From: Tubiluchus corallicola
Lineage: Eukaryota; Animalia; Priapulida
DNA length: 26,160 nucleotides
Reading direction: 5' to 3'
Assembly (NCBI GenBank): GCA_030141605.1
Contig: JAQGDQ010001447.1
Location: forward strand, 1-26,160
In this document: piece after piece, positions 21,547 through 26,160 of the stretch
How positions within the stretch are numbered: position 1 is the first letter of the stretch
Layout of the letters: the number at the start of each line of letters is the position of its first letter
The notes under the pieces: generated by a model
The model's database searches: none
What the model was told of the DNA's origin: nothing
What the model saw: the letters and a program-made list of their open reading frames with translations, nothing else
Made by a program: the position numbers and the translations under genes

Positions 21547-22073
21547 AGAGCAGTATTGTCAGCCACCTAGCGGTGGAAGAACGCCGCTTTAGTTACGAGT
21601 TCGTCGTTTTTAATGGTCGGTATCACCATGCGTGGTTTTCATACGGGTAGACACATCTATTTACAGACTGTACGATGTTATTCCTAGGTCTACTCTTCAG
21701 GTATTGTGAGGCTAATTAAACTTTATTACTACCTCTTTACAGACCGATTACCGGTTGTTTCCGGCGTACGCCTGATCCGGTAGAACCCATCAACGCTGTG
21801 AGCTGGCAAACTGCCAACAATAGGCATCGCATTTATGTGAAAAACTACCAGGTTGTTTAGTTAGAAAATGACGTACATCGTGGATTGGAGAAATATATTT
21901 ACACAAAAATTAAGGGTTAGAAATTTATTTGAAGTCAAACGTCATGTCGAGGAATAAGCAACAATCTCTGGTATTTAATATTCTCTCGCTTAGAATGAAA
22001 CACAAGCAGAAAATCTCACGAATACTTCAAATTTTAGTGAACTGTAAAATAACACGTTTATGATATGATAAAA

Positions 22074-22170
22074 TATGACCATATTTGTGCTTCTGGCCAC
22101 AAAGCTGATTTTAACTATTTCAGCATTGTGACCAGAGCTACAAATAACTGGGACGTTTTACAAAAGAAAT
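22074..22170 (+). mobile_element. Third fragment of the same Penelope-like family
   Basis: Translates YDHICASGHKADFNYFSIVTRATNNWDVL; homologous to 10740-10838. Confidence 0.75.
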
Positions 22171-22863
22171 ATCAATTCTACCTGCATATGTTAGTTACCT
22201 AGTTTGGCCAGAGTTCAATTATCGACATATTTAACACTAACGTGGTTGGCTATTAGTTCCATAGATACTGGTACAGCTAAACGATCGTCGTAGGACTACA
22301 GGTATTATTCACTGCTTAAATATAAGGTCTAAAGCAACACGACGACTTTCTCTTAGGATCATAACATGAATGACATATCAAGTGTTTTTTTTTAAATGAA
22401 TGTAAACTAATTTAACTAAATTAATGCACTTATTAACGTCCTTTGAATTTGGTACTATATAATGTATTACTACGCGTCCATATTTATCTTGAAACGGAAA
22501 GTCTAATTATACAAAAATTCATTATTGCTAAAGAAAATGAAAACATTCATACTAAAAAGTGATTCATACTAAGTAAAACATTCATATTAAAAAGTGATTC
22601 ATACTAAGTACGTGACTCTTACAGGTTTAAATGTGACTAAAAGTGCAATGACTCATTTCGCAAACAATAATTATTACAAATTTACGCAGTGCGTATGATA
22701 AACTCTTGCAAAACTTGCGTTTAAATGACATCGCTCAAACCAGCATACGCATCATTAAAGAGTGAAAAAGAAAGTCCTCCATTAAACAGTGAAAAACAAT
22801 GTCCTTAAGAAACAATTACAACAATGCAAATCTGTCAACAATCGTACTACGTTGCATACATTA

Positions 22864-23364
22864 GATTACATAATCATGTACACGTATAACAGACGAATTT
22901 CCCCCTAGATTTTTAGATTTAGATTTTAATAGATTTATTTTCGCAATAAACATACGTATACATTACATGTGCATCGATAACCAGTTTTTGTTAATATAAA
23001 AATATGATACAATTCATGAATTCTGCGCTAGAGAGCTACAGCACACAATTAGTACACAAAGTTTATGAACGACTCCAGGAGAGACGTTTTTGAACTATTT
23101 TTACCTGAGATTTCCTCCTATTTACCTACACTTATTAAAAATTAATTTCCACTAACCTATCAAAATAAAATCGTTCATTTTGATTACATAATACATGTAC
23201 ATTTATAACTGACGAATTCCCCCCTACAGCACACAATTAGTACATAAAATTTATGAACGCCTCCGAGAGACGTTTTTTCAACAAATTTTACCTCAGATTT
23301 CCTCCTATTTACCAGCACTTGTTAAAAATTAATTTCCACTCACCTATCAAAATAAAAGCGTTCG
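22864..23364. repeat. ~185-bp tandem duplication, first copy interrupted by a 131-bp insertion (22908-23038)
   Basis: gattacataat...gacgaatt..cccta|cagcacacaattagtac...cctatcaaaataaaa occurs twice. The insert is flanked by cta. Confidence 0.85.
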
Positions 23365-23969
23365 TATTTGGAACCTGGATGCCTTGAATTAAACCACCAC
23401 GGTCAAAGTACAGCGTGCTGTTCAGTTTTTAGCTGACATATTTACAATATGAGTCATAGCGTATTGAGCTTGGCAAAGCAGCTAACAGCGCAGGCTGTGC
23501 AGTGCCATGGAGCAGTCAATTATTACCGTAAACTATCTATTATAGCGCGCACGCTAAAGCACAGAAAAAGCCTCCACTTATATTCCGTCTTGAAATTTTA
23601 TACCTTTTACATAGATTTAGATTCAATATTTTATTTCAAACTTCACAAAGTTCATAAACACATCACAAATTAATACAAATAATACAATAAATCACGACAC
23701 ACAACAATAACACAAATAACAATTAACGATATAACAAACTACGCCAATGACGTCTAATTACAGAAGTAAAGTTTGCATCACTGTTTAAAATGTTCTTGTA
23801 TATAAAATTTTCACTGTTATGCAGCCTGACGTATAAACTGTATGCACATTTTCTGTGAATCACATCAAAATAAATAATATTAAGTCTAGTAGAAATATAT
23901 CTAGCGCTCGTATCATATGAAAAGTATCATATAGTACATACTGCCTTTTTGCATACGTGACTTTTCTCG

Positions 23970-24380
23970 GCAGTAACTCTGTATAAAACTTGTAAATTTA
24001 CGTGTAAAAACCGTGTCCATGGTAACCGTTAGATGCAGCCATTTTGAAAATACGTCATTTAAAACAAGTTTAGATAACTCTGAGTAAAGTTTGAAAAAGT
24101 AACCAGAGTATTCGTAGCGCACACGTCACTAACTAAGTAAAATGTTAAATTACCGTATTTGGTGAATGAGATTAAAAATACGTTTTTTGATTAGTGAGTG
24201 GCGCACCCTGGAGGTGAGTCAACGACATTTTGCCATTTGGTAAAAACATTTTAAAAAAATTAATAAGTTTGTTTCCTAATTACCTAAGTTTTTGAGCAGC
24301 TAAACGAAATGCTAAGTAATGCAACTTTGCATAAAAAGTTTCTTGGAACATAGTTTAACATTTCCTTTTCTTCGCCTGAT
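23970..24380. repeat. Dispersed repeat copy B (unexpanded version of 16548-17210)
   Basis: Collinear homology, with a single unit gagtggcgcaccctggaggtgagtca where copy A has 11. Confidence 0.75.
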
Positions 24381-24589
24381 TTACGTTGTGCGTATATGAC
24401 GTCACGTAAAGGCGTGGTCGGAACAGTATCTCGGGAAGTTTAAAATGAAAACAAACAAAAAATCATTTCAGCAAAAGTCAAATAATTTTTAAGTCGAATT
24501 TTCTGAAACCTTCTCCAGGTACCCCTTTTCTTCTCCTCTAGGCTCTAGGTGGCCATTCGTTGTATTTTCTAGATTCAAGTTGTTTTCTC

Positions 24590-24965
24590 CAGGACTGTGA
24601 AGTTAGGGTCAGCAGCAAATCTATTGTTAAAGGAGTTGGGGACATCAAAAATTTGGGTTTTGGAGTTGGGGCTGCTAAAATTTTAGGAGTCGGGTCTTCT
24701 AAAATTTTAATGGTCGGAGTTGGATCTTGTAAAATTTTAAGAGATGGAGTTGGGTCTTCTGATATTCTAGGAGTCGGAGTTTGATGTTCTAAAATTTTAG
24801 GAGACGGAGCTGGATCTTGTAAAATTTTAGGAGTCAGAGTTGGATCTTCTAAAATTTTGGGAGTCAGAGTTAAATCTTCCAAAATTCTAGGAGTCGGAGC
24901 TGGATCTAAAATTTTAGGAGTCGGAGCCCGTGTCTGGACCTTAATGTACCGACTCCACGGCCCTC
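24590..24965. mobile_element. hAT-type MITE with an internal ~30-bp GGAGTCGGAG tandem repeat
   Basis: Termini caggactgtgaagttagg / ccgactccacggccctc (CAGGGCTGTGGAGTCGG type); 8-bp TSD gttttctc/gttttttc (7/8). Confidence 0.75.
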
Positions 24966-25262
24966 GTTTTTTCTATAACGACTTCATGTGGTATTTATTT
25001 ATCATGCTCCCTGTCACGAATAGTCTTGTTTTGTAAACACAAGTTACTTTTTATATCAGAAATAGTTTTTCGTATTCTCAGAAGTTGTTTATTCCACTAC
25101 AACGATTTCATTTTGTAATCTCGGGACTTTTTAACGTATCACAAAGGCAAAAAGAGATGATCACATGTACTTCTGATACAAGGTGAGGCAATGCTGAGGT
25201 GACCGCCGGGTTCAATACTTCCTCTGAGCAGTTACATCCACTTACTTTAGTTTCATTTTATA

Positions 25263-26160
25263 TTTGCACATTGTTTATCCCACCACAAACAGTTTCATTT
25301 TTAGTTGTACGTTGTTTATCCCACCACAAACAGTTTCATTTTATAGTTGCACATTGTTTATCCCGCCACAAACAGTTTCATTTTATAGTTGCACATTGTT
25401 TATCCCACCACAAACAGTTTCATTTTATAGTTGCACATTGTTTATCCCGCCACAAACAGTTTTATTTTTTAGTTGTACGTTGTTTATCCCACCACAAACA
25501 GTTTTATTTTATAGTCGCACGTTTTTTATCCCACCACAAACAGTTTCATTTTTTAGTTGCACGTTGTTTATCCCACCACAAACAGTTTGATTTTATACTT
25601 GTACGTTGTTTATCCCACCACAAACAGTTTTATTTTTTAGTTGCACGTTGTTTATCCCGCCACAAACAGTTTCATTTTATAGTTGCACATTGTTTATCCC
25701 ACCACAAACAGTTTTATTTTATAGTTGCACGTTGTTTATCCCACCACAAACAGTTTGATTTTATAGTTGCACGTTGTTTATCCCACCACAAACAGTTTGA
25801 TTTTATAGTTGCACGTTGTTTATCCCACCACAAACAGTTTAATTTCATTGTTGTACGTTGTTTATCCCACCACAAACAGTTTCATTTTTTAGTTGTACGT
25901 TGTTTATCCCACCACAAACAGTTTCATTTTATAGTTGCACGTTGTTTATCCCACCACAAACAGTTTTATTTTTTAGTTGTACGTTGTTTATCCCACCACA
26001 AACTGTTTTATTTTTTAGTTGCACGTTGTTTATCCCACCACAAACAGTTTAATTTTATAGTTGCACATTGTTTATCTCACCACAAACAGTTTCATTTTAC
26101 AGTTGCACGTTGTTTATCCCACCACAAACAGTTTGTGAGTGGGATAAACAACGATGCAAC
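25263..26160. repeat. 42-bp satellite, ~21 units, switching orientation at ~26130
   Basis: Unit gttgcacgttgtttatcccaccacaaacagtttcattttata. The last 30 nt are the reverse complement of the preceding unit. Confidence 0.97.

Noticed and set aside
24397-24417. CRE (TGACGTCA) plus GC-box as the gene promoter
   Set aside because: Lies at the edge of a dispersed repeat, and no first exon or TSS could be identified.
24538-26052. ORFs with PTPKILED and CTLFIPPQTV repeats
   Set aside because: Arise from the 30-bp MITE-internal repeat and the 42-bp satellite; no splice or domain support.

Overview
AT-rich metazoan (probably invertebrate) genomic DNA containing one spliced protein-coding gene on the minus strand: a MAP-kinase phosphatase of the DUSP8/DUSP16 (MKP-7) subfamily. 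I assembled seven coding exons by hand, all with GT-AG boundaries and consistent phases: 19247-19333, 15851-15961, 13284-13458, 11364-11545, 7350-7497, 5956-6079 and 2993-4436 (2271 nt, 756 aa). The protein has a rhodanese/KIM domain, a DSP catalytic domain (HCMAGISRS) and a long S/P-rich tail. The introns hold hAT- and pogo-type MITEs, a probable Helitron, a 5S-rRNA-headed SINE-like element, Penelope-like retroelement remnants with a minimal hammerhead ribozyme, and several mini- and microsatellites. Four structures are unusual. (i) Two ~80-bp tandem arrays have amplified the gene's own processing signals: 13 extra copies of a 5' splice site, and repeated copies of the stop codon and ATTAAA. 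(ii) An intronic 26-bp minisatellite is built of AP-1 and MRE motifs, and its unexpanded one-unit relative lies 7 kb away. (iii) A 2.6-kb inverted duplication of intron-exon-intron sequence directly follows the gene's 3' end; it is either a real rearrangement or an assembly fold-back. (iv) A 93-bp tandem repeat derives from the 5S internal promoter. All assignments are from manual reading; no database search was run.
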